A stretch of DNA of 64,000 nucleotides from a virus: positions 74,209 through 138,208 of the IMG/VR virus record IMGVR_UViG_3300002092_001548. One strand, written 5' to 3'. The notes below the pieces were generated by a model. The model was not told the origin of the DNA, searched no databases, and saw only the letters and a program-made list of their open reading frames with translations. Below, in pieces: positions 20,594-30,408 of the stretch. A program made the translations under genes and the position numbers. Numbering within the stretch: position 1 is the stretch's first letter; each line of letters opens with the position of its first letter.

Positions 20594-20617
20594 TTAAAAA
20601 TATTGTACTATAGAAGG

Positions 20618-21226
20618 ATGAGTACCTTTTATATTGGAGTAAGTGGGGTAGCAAGGGCTGGCAAAGATAGTTTTACAAACGCTCTTCTGCAAATCATTAA
20701 TAATGACGGTTTTAATGCAAAGCGTTTTGCTCTGGCTGAACCTCTGAAAAATGATTGTAAACAATTTATACACGACAAATTAGGCCTAGATGTCTGGACG
20801 GACAATACGGAAGAAAAATCTATTTTCAGAGAACTTCTAGTCTGGTACGGAAAAGTTAAACGCCAACAAACCCAAGGAAAGTATTGGACATCGCTTTTAG
20901 ATGAGCATGTAAGTCAAGTTAAACCAAAGGTTTGTATTATCTCTGATATTCGTTACCAACAATATGACGAAGATGAGGTTCACTGGCTTAAGAATAAAAA
21001 AAATGGAATTTTAATTCATATTGAAAGAACAGATATTGAAGGTAAGGTTATTCCCCCGGCCAATATGGACGAAACAATTAATGATTCGATTGTAAAAGAA
21101 CACGCCGATTACAAAGTATGTTGGCCTACAGTTGGTGTAGAGGATCTTTATCTTCTCGACACTTACGCAAAAAACGCTTATGATTCAGTAGTCCGAGAAA
21201 AACTATATGCAACAAAAAATTCGTAG
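20618..21226 (+). CDS. deoxynucleoside monophosphate kinase
   Basis: P-loop GVARAGKD, ALAEPLK, ISDIRY..E. Confidence 0.8.
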   Translation: MSTFYIGVSGVARAGKDSFTNALLQIINNDGFNAKRFALAEPLKNDCKQFIHDKLGLDVWTDNTEEKSIFRELLVWYGKVKRQQTQGKYWTSLLDEHVSQVKPKVCIISDIRYQQYDEDEVHWLKNKKNGILIHIERTDIEGKVIPPANMDETINDSIVKEHADYKVCWPTVGVEDLYLLDTYAKNAYDSVVREKLYATKNS

Positions 21227-22691
21227 TGTCAATGTAGAGAAGCACGTTCTAGCGGGGTTCATCAAGCACCCGCAGTCGTATCACGATGTAGCTCATTTTA
21301 TCAATGAGCAAGACTTTACTAATGGTCATAAGACTATTTTTGGGGTTATCAAGAATCAGATTATTCACAATCAGCCGCTTGACGCAGTTATTATTGCCGA
21401 GAAGATGAAGAATCTTGGTATTAACTTCAATAAGCCTGATTTTAATATTTTTGACTACGTTGAGAGTCTTACTTTCCTCAAGATTAGTGAGAAGTCACTA
21501 CTGGCATCATGTAAAGAGCTAAAAACCGTAACGATCAGAAGAGAAATTTCCGAAGTTTCCTCGCAAATTCAAGAAGCGATGGCTGGCGCTGGCGACCAGA
21601 GTCCAGATAAGATTATTAGTCTTGCTGATAAAATGTATAATGATAAGATTAGTGCATATGATTTAGATGTTAAACCTGAGGATTTATTTGCTAATATCGA
21701 GCAGATGATTGAAGAGAGGGCTAACGCGCCAGTTAGTGAATTAGGATACGTAACCCCTTATAAGAACTTTAATCAGATGTATGGTGGGCTAAGACCGGGA
21801 GAGCTATACGCTTGGGTTTCTCGACCAAAACATGGTAAGTCAACAATTCTTAATGATATCGCGACAAAGGCCACGATCATTAATCCAAAAATGCGATCAT
21901 TGGTTCTCGATACAGAAATGCAGACCAATGTAATGAAGTTCCGTATTGCAAGTGCCATCACAGGAATTCCAATGTGGTATCTTGAGACGGGTAACTTTAA
22001 AAATAATAAAGAGCTTTGGGCGAGATGGAACAGCAAGAAGACAGAACTATCAATGATTCAAGGTCGCGTGAATCATATGCAAGTTGCCGGAAAGCCAGTT
22101 GAAGAAATTGAATCAATTATTCAGCGTTGGTATTTGAGTGAAGTCGGCCGTGGAAATCCAGCCATTGTAGTTTACGATTATATTAAATTAACTGGTGAAT
22201 CTGGTAATGGAAATAAACAGGAATATCAATTGATTGGAGATAAGGTTGACTCGTTAAAGAACGTATCAGTTCGCCTTAACATTCCACTACTAACTGCCTG
22301 TCAGTTAAACAGGAGCGCAGAGAACGGAACGGATGATAGCTCTGCAATCGCACAGAGCGATCGTCTTCAGTGGTTTGCCGCTTATGTTGGTATATTTAGA
22401 AGAAAAACCCTAGATGAACAGGCAGAAGATGGATTGAACTATGGTAGCCACAAGATGATTGAATTAGCTGCCCGTTACCAAGGAAAGCATTCACATGGTC
22501 ATAGCGATCTTGTTAAGATCAAGGAAGGTAATCAGACCAAGTTTAAAAAGAACTTCATTTCTTTTGATGTTAATAATTTTAATGTAACAGAGAAAGCAAC
22601 CCTTCAAGAGATTGTTGATTCTAAAAATGGAATTAAAGTCGATGTATTCGACAGAGATTACAAGGAAGAAGACGACGAAGGACTACTATGA
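21207..22691 (+). CDS. dnaB: replicative DNA helicase
   Basis: N-terminal DnaB domain, SRPKHGKS, DTEM, YDYI, QLNR. Confidence 0.9.
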   Translation: MQQKIRSVNVEKHVLAGFIKHPQSYHDVAHFINEQDFTNGHKTIFGVIKNQIIHNQPLDAVIIAEKMKNLGINFNKPDFNIFDYVESLTFLKISEKSLLASCKELKTVTIRREISEVSSQIQEAMAGAGDQSPDKIISLADKMYNDKISAYDLDVKPEDLFANIEQMIEERANAPVSELGYVTPYKNFNQMYGGLRPGELYAWVSRPKHGKSTILNDIATKATIINPKMRSLVLDTEMQTNVMKFRIASAITGIPMWYLETGNFKNNKELWARWNSKKTELSMIQGRVNHMQVAGKPVEEIESIIQRWYLSEVGRGNPAIVVYDYIKLTGESGNGNKQEYQLIGDKVDSLKNVSVRLNIPLLTACQLNRSAENGTDDSSAIAQSDRLQWFAAYVGIFRRKTLDEQAEDGLNYGSHKMIELAARYQGKHSHGHSDLVKIKEGNQTKFKKNFISFDVNNFNVTEKATLQEIVDSKNGIKVDVFDRDYKEEDDEGLL

Positions 22692-23587
22692 ACCTATTTG
22701 AAGTATTAAAAGGCGCCGGGTGCCAACCTCGTAACTATGGAACGTATTATACATGTACTGCAAAGTATCGTGGCGGTGACGATCCTAGCTCCGTAGCCGT
22801 TTATCTTCAAACGCAAACAGTAAAAGATTTTGTTACTAGTAAAACAATGTCTCTAGAAGAGTTCTTAAAGAGAACCCTTGACTTGAAAACTCCAGAGCAA
22901 TTAAAGAAGATAATGGATGGCACGGCGAGTTATTTTTCTTCGGCATTCGATAATGACCAAGATGATCCATTCAATAAAACAACTCGTTATTATTCCAGTG
23001 ATGATATTGTTTCATTAATTCAAGACCCCTCATACTGGGAGGGGAGGGGTGTAAAAGAATCGGCCCTAAAAGATTTCAAGGGAGGGGTTTGTACTTCTGG
23101 TAAAATGTATAACAGATATGTCTTCCCAATATTTAACTCAAGAAATAAAATCGAAGGATTCTCTGGTAGAGATATATCTGGCAAGTCGCCCATTAAATGG
23201 AAGCATATTGGTAAAAAAGCAGATTGGGCATACCCTCTTATTTTTAGTTATAAATATATTACAGAACAGAATAGTATTATTTTAGTTGAAAGTATTGGTG
23301 ACATGCTATCGTTATGGCAGAGTGGAATTAAAAATTTAGGTGTAACATTTGGCACGGAAATGGGCGCAGGATTATTAAAAGCTATCTTGCGCTTAGATCC
23401 AAAAAGTATTATTATTGCAACTAATAATGATATAAACCAAGCTGGACAACGAGCGGCCACTAAGATCAAAAAGAAATTAGTAGAGTTTTTCGACGAGAGC
23501 CAGATTAAAATCTGTCACCCACAGAAGAATGATTTTGGAGAGCAGTCTGAACAAGAAAATTTAGCTTGGTTAAAAACTATAAAATAA
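22688..23587 (+). CDS. dnaG: DNA primase (TOPRIM), degenerate Zn-binding domain
   Basis: RYVFPI, GFSGR, LVESIGD, NND..G, NDFG; adjacent to the helicase. Confidence 0.8.
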   Translation: MNLFEVLKGAGCQPRNYGTYYTCTAKYRGGDDPSSVAVYLQTQTVKDFVTSKTMSLEEFLKRTLDLKTPEQLKKIMDGTASYFSSAFDNDQDDPFNKTTRYYSSDDIVSLIQDPSYWEGRGVKESALKDFKGGVCTSGKMYNRYVFPIFNSRNKIEGFSGRDISGKSPIKWKHIGKKADWAYPLIFSYKYITEQNSIILVESIGDMLSLWQSGIKNLGVTFGTEMGAGLLKAILRLDPKSIIIATNNDINQAGQRAATKIKKKLVEFFDESQIKICHPQKNDFGEQSEQENLAWLKTIK

Positions 23588-23588
23588 T

Positions 23589-24074
23589 ATGAACTGGACA
23601 GAATACTACATGCGCCATCAATACTTGGCATCTGAAAAAAGCAAAGATCCAAGCACAAAGATTGGGGCATTACTTGTTCGTGACGACAACATCGTTTCTT
23701 TGGGATACAATGGTTTCCCAAGGGGCATTAATGACTCAAATCAAAGACTAGAAAATAGAGAAGAAAAATACTTTTATGTAGTTCACGCGGAACATAATGC
23801 AATTTTAAATGCCGCCCGAAATGGCATAGCAACAAAAGGCGCAACACTTTATACATCTGGAATGCCCTGTAGTGAATGCGCAAAAGCTATTATTCAAGCG
23901 GGAATCAATGTAGTTTATATTCACAAGCAATATCCAAGTCTTTCGCACGGAAAGTGGAACAAATCCGTATCTAAAGCAGAAGAGATGTTTGATGAGGCTG
24001 GAATTTTTGTAGCTGATTTTGATAAACCATTAAATATTGAATGTTTAATTAACGGCGAGAAGGTCACGGTATGA
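23589..24074 (+). CDS. dCMP deaminase
   Basis: SKDPSTKIGA, GYNGFP, HAE, PCSEC. Confidence 0.9.
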   Translation: MNWTEYYMRHQYLASEKSKDPSTKIGALLVRDDNIVSLGYNGFPRGINDSNQRLENREEKYFYVVHAEHNAILNAARNGIATKGATLYTSGMPCSECAKAIIQAGINVVYIHKQYPSLSHGKWNKSVSKAEEMFDEAGIFVADFDKPLNIECLINGEKVTV

Positions 24075-25063
24075 GTGAACTAGTTAGACTTTCCGCAAGT
24101 AGGATTAAAACCCTACAGACATGTTCTTGGACATATTACGCAAACTATGTCCTAAAACTTCCACAAAAGAATAACTCTGGCGCGATGAGAGGTACTATTG
24201 CCCACTTGGTTTTTGAAATTCTCTCAAACCCAAGGCACGAGAAATATGTAAAGAAAATCATCAAGGCCGGGACATGCAAGAAAGTTAAATCTGTATGGAA
24301 ACTAATTTTCAAGAATGCTAAAAAAATGAACCTTGATTTAGATGAGATAGTCAAGCCTATCAAAAAAGAAGGGGATATGACAAACTTAAAATGCATTGAT
24401 ACAATGATTCAAGTTGGTCTAAAATATGATTTTATTAATGAGCAAAAATTAATAGGTAGTGAGTGGGCATTTGATATTACAAACGAAAGCCCTAAATATC
24501 GAATCCTAGGCTTTGTAGATCGACTTGTTGAAGATAATGGTACGCTAATTATCAGAGATTACAAGAGTAGCAAAAAAACATTTAGTGGAGAAGAGCTAGA
24601 AAGCAATCTTCAATCAATGATGTATTCATTAGCTGCCCGAAATAAATATCCAGACTATAAGAATGTTAATGTTAAATTTTTATTTCTAAGATATCCTGAT
24701 GCCCCAGAGCAATCATCTCCAGAATTCAGCGATATAGAATTAGCAGGATTTGAACATTATCTGGAGTATATCAGTAATCAATTACAAAACTTCACAGAAG
24801 AGAAGGGTAAGGCTAATTTTGCCAAGCATGACTTCAGTAAAAAATGGATGTGCCAAACAAAGTCTGGATGGAAATGTCCATACCTTGAGGCCATGCAATA
24901 CCAAGCCCTTGTAGATAAAGATGATAAGACTATTAAATGTATTTTTAATACTGAAGAATTTAAAGCAGAAGAAATTAAAGAAGGTTATAAGGTTGAGATT
25001 CGTAATTACGAAGGTTGTCCTGCATGGAAGACAAAAGTAATGAAAGATCCATTTGACTTTTAA
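24071..25063 (+). CDS. Cas4/RecB-like PD-(D/E)xK exonuclease
   Basis: LSASRI..C, GT.AH, GFVDR, DYKS, Q..MY, C-terminal Cys cluster. Confidence 0.85.
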   Translation: MSELVRLSASRIKTLQTCSWTYYANYVLKLPQKNNSGAMRGTIAHLVFEILSNPRHEKYVKKIIKAGTCKKVKSVWKLIFKNAKKMNLDLDEIVKPIKKEGDMTNLKCIDTMIQVGLKYDFINEQKLIGSEWAFDITNESPKYRILGFVDRLVEDNGTLIIRDYKSSKKTFSGEELESNLQSMMYSLAARNKYPDYKNVNVKFLFLRYPDAPEQSSPEFSDIELAGFEHYLEYISNQLQNFTEEKGKANFAKHDFSKKWMCQTKSGWKCPYLEAMQYQALVDKDDKTIKCIFNTEEFKAEEIKEGYKVEIRNYEGCPAWKTKVMKDPFDF

Positions 25064-25087
25064 CAAAAGTTATAATAGAATGGTGGA

Positions 25088-25648
25088 ATGCAATATATAT
25101 GCGTTAACCAAATCAATGAACAGGGTCTCCGTAGGTTTCGTCAGGAATTTTGGAATCTAGATAGAAATTCAGCACAACCGATAATTCCCATTATTATTGA
25201 CAGTTATGGGGGCGATGTTTATTCAGTTTTCGGAATGATTAGCTTGATTAAATCAAGTCATAAGAACATTGCTACAATTTGCGACTCAAAAGCAATGAGC
25301 GCCGGGGCAGTTCTTCTATCTGCCGGAACGAAGGGGTTAAGATTCGCAAGTGAATATGCTCATATCATGGTTCACGAGGTTCTAACGGGAAACCCCCACG
25401 CTAAAATCAGTGATATTAATATTGATACAAATCATGCGATGTCACTAAACAAGCAGATTTTCTCAATGCTAGATAAGAATTGCTCTCAGAAGCCCGGCTT
25501 CTTTTTGAAGTTGGTTGATACAAACAAAAATAGCAATTTATATTTAACTTCCAAACAGGCCAAAAAATATGGTATAGTTGATCATGTTGATGTTCCCAAG
25601 CTAGAAGTTAATACGGAATTTTCAATCTTGCAGTCCTCACTAAAGTAA
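25088..25648 (+). CDS. clpP: ClpP-like protease
   Basis: IDSYGGDV, AMSAG, MVHE, A.KYGIVD. Confidence 0.85.
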   Translation: MQYICVNQINEQGLRRFRQEFWNLDRNSAQPIIPIIIDSYGGDVYSVFGMISLIKSSHKNIATICDSKAMSAGAVLLSAGTKGLRFASEYAHIMVHEVLTGNPHAKISDINIDTNHAMSLNKQIFSMLDKNCSQKPGFFLKLVDTNKNSNLYLTSKQAKKYGIVDHVDVPKLEVNTEFSILQSSLK

Positions 25649-26395
25649 ATGACACTTCCAATCTTCAGATCTAACTATTCTCTCACCTCCATACTGACTC
25701 TCGATCAGTATAAGAAGACCGAAGATAGAAAGCTAAATCGCGCAGATTCTATTTTCAATATTTGTTCAGATCTGGGTTTGAAGGATGTATTTATTGCAGA
25801 TAATAATCTAAGCGGTCTTGTTGAGGCGTATGAGAACGCAAGCGATGCCGGATTAAATTTGAGATTTGGATACAGAGTGACTGTTTGTGAGAATATAGAA
25901 GATAAAACTGAAGCCTCCAAGAAAACAGAAAGCAAACTAATTCTCTTTGCAAAGAAGGATAGTTTTATTGATTTAATTAAACTTCATAACCTTTCTACTA
26001 GCGAGGGCTTCTACGACGGAAGGGCGCGACTAGATTACAAAACAATTCGTAATAATTGGACTAAAAATCTCATGATGGTCATACCATTTTACGATTCTTA
26101 TATATTTAATAATTTACTATATGGTAAGGAATGTATTCCAGATATCGACTTTGCGAATCCATATATTTGCATTGAGAATAATAGCTTACCATTTGACGGT
26201 CTAGTCAAAGATCAGATTCTTTCGAGCGTAAAATATAATCAGATTGACACGAAAACAATTTACTATAAGGACAAAAAAGACTTTAATGCATATATGACGT
26301 ATCGCTGTATTTTGAACCGAACAACATTCCAGAAGCCAGAACTGGCCCATTTCGGAAGTAACGAGTTTTGTATGGAGGCTATTTATGCAGGATAA
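25649..26395 (+). CDS. stand-alone PHP domain of DNA polymerase III alpha (degenerate metal ligands)
   Basis: FRSNYSL..SIL, IADNNLSG, G, LILFAK; the usual HxH is replaced. Confidence 0.75.
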   Translation: MTLPIFRSNYSLTSILTLDQYKKTEDRKLNRADSIFNICSDLGLKDVFIADNNLSGLVEAYENASDAGLNLRFGYRVTVCENIEDKTEASKKTESKLILFAKKDSFIDLIKLHNLSTSEGFYDGRARLDYKTIRNNWTKNLMMVIPFYDSYIFNNLLYGKECIPDIDFANPYICIENNSLPFDGLVKDQILSSVKYNQIDTKTIYYKDKKDFNAYMTYRCILNRTTFQKPELAHFGSNEFCMEAIYAG

Positions 26396-27017
26396 TCTTT
26401 TAAGATTTAAAAAAGACCAGAAGTATATAACCTGGGACACAGAAACGGAATCGTTGAACTTGGTTAACTCTAGACCTTGGCAAATTTCTTGGGCAATCTC
26501 CAAAGGAGACAAAGTTCTTAAGCATGAAGACAGATTCTTACATTGGGACGATTTAAAAATGTCCGATGGCGCGGCAAAGATTACTCGTTTTGATCGCACA
26601 AAGTGGGCTAGTAGGGCAGAGGATCCGAAAAAGGTTCTTGCGGATTTTGATAAGTATTTATATGATCCAGAGTATCTTATCTTAGGCGCGAATCTATTTG
26701 GTTTTGATATATACCAACATAACAATGCTCGTAGAGAGGTTGGACTAAAAACTGATTATTCTTATATTAATAGAATTATTGACGTTCAAGCTATACAGAA
26801 GGGGATCTATCTTGGGCTGAAGTCTATTCCAGAAAATAGAACCGCCTGGCACTATCAAATGCAAAATTTCCGACAGAGAGGAATGAAGACCTCAGTAAAA
26901 CACCTTTGTTCAGTATATGATATTGACTATGATGAAAATAAAGCACATGATGCTGTATATGACAACAATCTAGTTTTTTCTATTTTTAGAAAGCAGATCC
27001 TTACAATCGAAATATGA
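26385..27017 (+). CDS. dnaQ: DEDDh 3'-5' exonuclease (epsilon-like)
   Basis: DTETE, N..GFD, HDAVYD. Confidence 0.85.
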   Translation: MQDNLLRFKKDQKYITWDTETESLNLVNSRPWQISWAISKGDKVLKHEDRFLHWDDLKMSDGAAKITRFDRTKWASRAEDPKKVLADFDKYLYDPEYLILGANLFGFDIYQHNNARREVGLKTDYSYINRIIDVQAIQKGIYLGLKSIPENRTAWHYQMQNFRQRGMKTSVKHLCSVYDIDYDENKAHDAVYDNNLVFSIFRKQILTIEI

Positions 27018-29551
27018 ACGAACAATTTTTAAAAGAATTCTCAGAAGTTAAAATCGAACGGGTTAATCTTGTTCGCTTACCAGAAATTTCACTAAACGAG
27101 GAAGAGAAGCAAAGCGTAACAAAGAAGGTTAAGTCTAATGACGAGTTTCTCCAACAATTAATTAATGATGGCTGGAGGAAGTTTAGAGACAAGGTTTCAG
27201 AAGATAAAAAGCAAGTTTATTTAGACCGCCTAAAGGAAGAATTTGAAATTGTACAGGATCTTGGGTTTGTTGACTATTTCTTATTGGTTTGGAGGGTTAT
27301 TAATAAAGCACGAAAACTTGGGGCATTTATTGATTGGGGTCGCGGCAGTGCTGCTGGTAGTTTGATTTTCTTCCTATTGGGCGTAACAGGAGTAGATCCA
27401 ATTGATAAGAAGCTATTCTTTACGCGATTCATTTCAAGGGTTCGCGCTAAGAAGGAAGTTATTGATGGAGTTACTTATATTCAAGGAGATCTTGCTCCCG
27501 ACGTTGATATTAACTTGGGCGGAGTTCGTGAAGAAATTATTCAATGGTTAAAAGTTTGCTATCCAAATAAGGTTGGTAAGATTGCCGCACTTTCAACATT
27601 TTCCGGAAAGATTCTAGTTAAAGATGTTTATAAAATCATTAATGAGGCAAATGAGGATATGGCTGTTGATCTGGCGGACACAATCGGAAAAACTTTCGGC
27701 GTAGTTGAGGATATCGAGGACTCTTACAAGAATAGCGAGAAGTTCAAGCAGTGGGCAGATACCTATCCAGAATCTTATGCAATTGCCCTAAAGTTGCGCG
27801 ATCTTATTCGTGGAAAGTCAACCCACGCAAGTGGGTACTTTATTTCATATTATCCCCTAAATGAGTTTGTTCCAACCGAATTAAATAAAGACGGTGAAAT
27901 TTCGATTGCCTATGAGATGAATACCGCCGCAAAGTTTGGTATTAAACTTGATCTACTTGGCTTGACAAGTAATGAAATTATCAAAGATGTTTTTGAGAGG
28001 ATTTCTGAAAAGCTAGAAGATATTGATTTAGACTCTAATCCAGATGTTTATACCCATCTTCAGAGCGATAATCTAAAACCATACGGCCTGTACCAGATTA
28101 GCGCAGATTGCGCCTATAGGGTATGTCAAAAAATCAAGCCAGCGAATATTCAAGAATTGAGCGATGTGAATGCTATAGCCCGACCTGGCGCCTTGGCGTA
28201 CGAAGATAAATATGTTTGTATGTCTGGCGAACCTCCACATGAGAAGTTAGCACATATCTTCAAAGACAGCCGAAATCTTCCCCTATATCAAGAGCAGTTG
28301 ATTCAGTCTCTAGTTGCCGTTGGGTTCACGCCAGATGAGGGCGAATATATCCGAAGAATCGTTGGTAAAAAGAAGAGAGAAGAAATGCCAAAGTGGAAAG
28401 AAAAAGTTTTCGAGACCTGTAATAAAAATGGGTTTGGAGATGCGGTTGCAGAGGCAATTTGGAAGGTCATGATTGATTCCGCAGATTATTCGTTTAACTT
28501 GAGTCATAGTTATTCTGTTGCCTATCTTGGCGCTCTAACTGTTTATTTAAAGTATAAATATCCATTAGAATTCTATACGGCATGTTTAAATGCAAGCCAG
28601 AGACTTCCCGATCCAATGGACGAAATTAGGCGAATCCAACAGGAGCTTCCACATTTTGGAATCAAACTCCTACCGCCGCACTTATTAAAGTCTGACATGA
28701 ACTTTAAGACGGATGGAAAGAATATTCGCTATGGACTTAGCGCTGTTAAGGGTATTTCTGATAGCGCTATGGAAAAGCTCGTTAATTTCCGTGGAGAATA
28801 TGATAGCAAGATTGATTGTTTAGTTGCGGCAAAACAAGCCGGACTTAACATTGGAGTTCTATCTGCCCTAATCCAAGCTGGCGCATTAGATGAACTAGGA
28901 ACAAAGAGAACCCGACTTGTTCTTGAAGCCCAGACTTATAATCTACTAACAGATCGTGAAAAGCGTTTAGTTAAGACCGTCCATGACGACACAGAAGAGA
29001 AAGATATCCTAAATATTATTAAAATGTTGAACGAGAAGCAGCAGATTAAGGATAGCCGTTTTGATACGATCAAGGGTAAGTACAATACTTACAAGGATAT
29101 TTACCAGTTAAATTCGCGTAACGAAGAGATCACAAACTATTTTTATGAGAAAAATTGCTTAGGATTTAGCTATAGTCAGAACCTAACAACTATTTTCAAG
29201 AAGAAGAATCCAGATTTTACCACTATCCGTAATATAATGGATCACAAGCAAGAAAATGACAAGGTTATTATGATTGGTCAGATCATTGAAACAAAGATTT
29301 CAAAGTCAAAGAATAATAATAAATTCTTCAGAGCAGTCGTTTCTGACGATACCGGAACGATAACAACCCTCATGTTTGACGGAAAACAGGGGCTATTTGA
29401 GGAATGTAAGCATGATAATGGTGGAGTTTTCCCAGAAGAGAATGATATCGTAGCAATTAAAGGAAGAAGAAAGGGTACAGATGCTATTTTTGCAGATAAA
29501 ATCGTAGTTCAAGATTGTAAGATATATAAGAACATGCGTGATTTAAAATGA
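27014..29551 (+). CDS. dnaE: DNA polymerase III alpha catalytic core (no PHP)
   Basis: GRGSAAGS, PDVD, KLDLLGL, YQEQ, YSFNLSH, C-terminal OB fold. Confidence 0.95.
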   Translation: MNEQFLKEFSEVKIERVNLVRLPEISLNEEEKQSVTKKVKSNDEFLQQLINDGWRKFRDKVSEDKKQVYLDRLKEEFEIVQDLGFVDYFLLVWRVINKARKLGAFIDWGRGSAAGSLIFFLLGVTGVDPIDKKLFFTRFISRVRAKKEVIDGVTYIQGDLAPDVDINLGGVREEIIQWLKVCYPNKVGKIAALSTFSGKILVKDVYKIINEANEDMAVDLADTIGKTFGVVEDIEDSYKNSEKFKQWADTYPESYAIALKLRDLIRGKSTHASGYFISYYPLNEFVPTELNKDGEISIAYEMNTAAKFGIKLDLLGLTSNEIIKDVFERISEKLEDIDLDSNPDVYTHLQSDNLKPYGLYQISADCAYRVCQKIKPANIQELSDVNAIARPGALAYEDKYVCMSGEPPHEKLAHIFKDSRNLPLYQEQLIQSLVAVGFTPDEGEYIRRIVGKKKREEMPKWKEKVFETCNKNGFGDAVAEAIWKVMIDSADYSFNLSHSYSVAYLGALTVYLKYKYPLEFYTACLNASQRLPDPMDEIRRIQQELPHFGIKLLPPHLLKSDMNFKTDGKNIRYGLSAVKGISDSAMEKLVNFRGEYDSKIDCLVAAKQAGLNIGVLSALIQAGALDELGTKRTRLVLEAQTYNLLTDREKRLVKTVHDDTEEKDILNIIKMLNEKQQIKDSRFDTIKGKYNTYKDIYQLNSRNEEITNYFYEKNCLGFSYSQNLTTIFKKKNPDFTTIRNIMDHKQENDKVIMIGQIIETKISKSKNNNKFFRAVVSDDTGTITTLMFDGKQGLFEECKHDNGGVFPEENDIVAIKGRRKGTDAIFADKIVVQDCKIYKNMRDLK

Positions 29552-29617
29552 TTTTTTAAACCGCTTGGGGACAAAATGGAATGCGGAGTGTAATTAGAGT
29601 ATAATAACTTTAAATAT

Positions 29618-30400
29618 ATGAATAGCCCACTTAACACCGCAATTCCGAAGGTTGATGCCGAGCTTCCAGCCAATATTGTTCTTCCGCAACCAAAGGCATC
29701 AGAAAGAAGGGGTGACTTCGTAAAACGTTGTTGTGGCGTGGGTAGTAAAATTGGAGAGTATAGTAAATGGGCAGATCCCAATCGCATTATTGTTGATTGT
29801 ATGGGCGAATGGAGCAAAGCAAAGCTACACGCCGCCGCAGTTGTTGGAAGCGGAGATAGTGAAGTTATTATTCCAGTTATAAATATGGAACAGCAAAAAG
29901 AGGCTGGTACACCGGTTTCCACAGCCCCAATTGATAATACCGCAGTCTATACAGAAAGAACTCAAAATAATCTCAAATTAAAAGCTTCCCTCCCAGAAGA
30001 AGATGAGAAGAACGAGGCTCCAGATAATGAAGTCACAGAAGCGGCTCCAGATCTTTTCGCAACACTTTTAAATTCCGCAACAACAGCACATATTCTGCAC
30101 TTGCAAACAAATAGTTACGCACAGCACAAAGCCCTAAATACTCTTTATGCCGATCTTCCAGACCTAGCGGATGATTTAATTGAGGCTTACCAAGGTAAAT
30201 ATGGAGTTGTAAAGGATTACCCAGCACAGTCTGTAACAACACCTTCTGATGCACTGGGTTTCGTTCAAGAACTGAGAGCATATGTAGCCGCAAATAGATA
30301 TGTGGCACTCAAACAGTCTGATTCTGAACTACAGAATATCACAGATAATATTGTTGAGCTTCTTGACAGCACTATTTATAAGCTAACTTTTCTCAAGTAA
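29618..30400 (+). CDS. phage protein with C-terminal Dps/ferritin-like (DUF5856-like) domain
   Basis: HILHLQT.SYAQHKAL..Y..DDLIEAYQG...YKLTFLK. Confidence 0.7.
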   Translation: MNSPLNTAIPKVDAELPANIVLPQPKASERRGDFVKRCCGVGSKIGEYSKWADPNRIIVDCMGEWSKAKLHAAAVVGSGDSEVIIPVINMEQQKEAGTPVSTAPIDNTAVYTERTQNNLKLKASLPEEDEKNEAPDNEVTEAAPDLFATLLNSATTAHILHLQTNSYAQHKALNTLYADLPDLADDLIEAYQGKYGVVKDYPAQSVTTPSDALGFVQELRAYVAANRYVALKQSDSELQNITDNIVELLDSTIYKLTFLK

Positions 30401-30408
30401 ATAATAGT

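Noticed and set aside
24071-25063. Cas4-like nuclease as a sign of CRISPR-Cas
   Set aside because: No repeat-spacer array or other cas genes seen; solo Cas4-like exonucleases are common in phage replication modules.
5861-29551. Inteins or group I introns in nrdA, recA, dnaB or dnaE
   Set aside because: Proteins are normal or short in length, with contiguous motifs and no splice-junction signatures.
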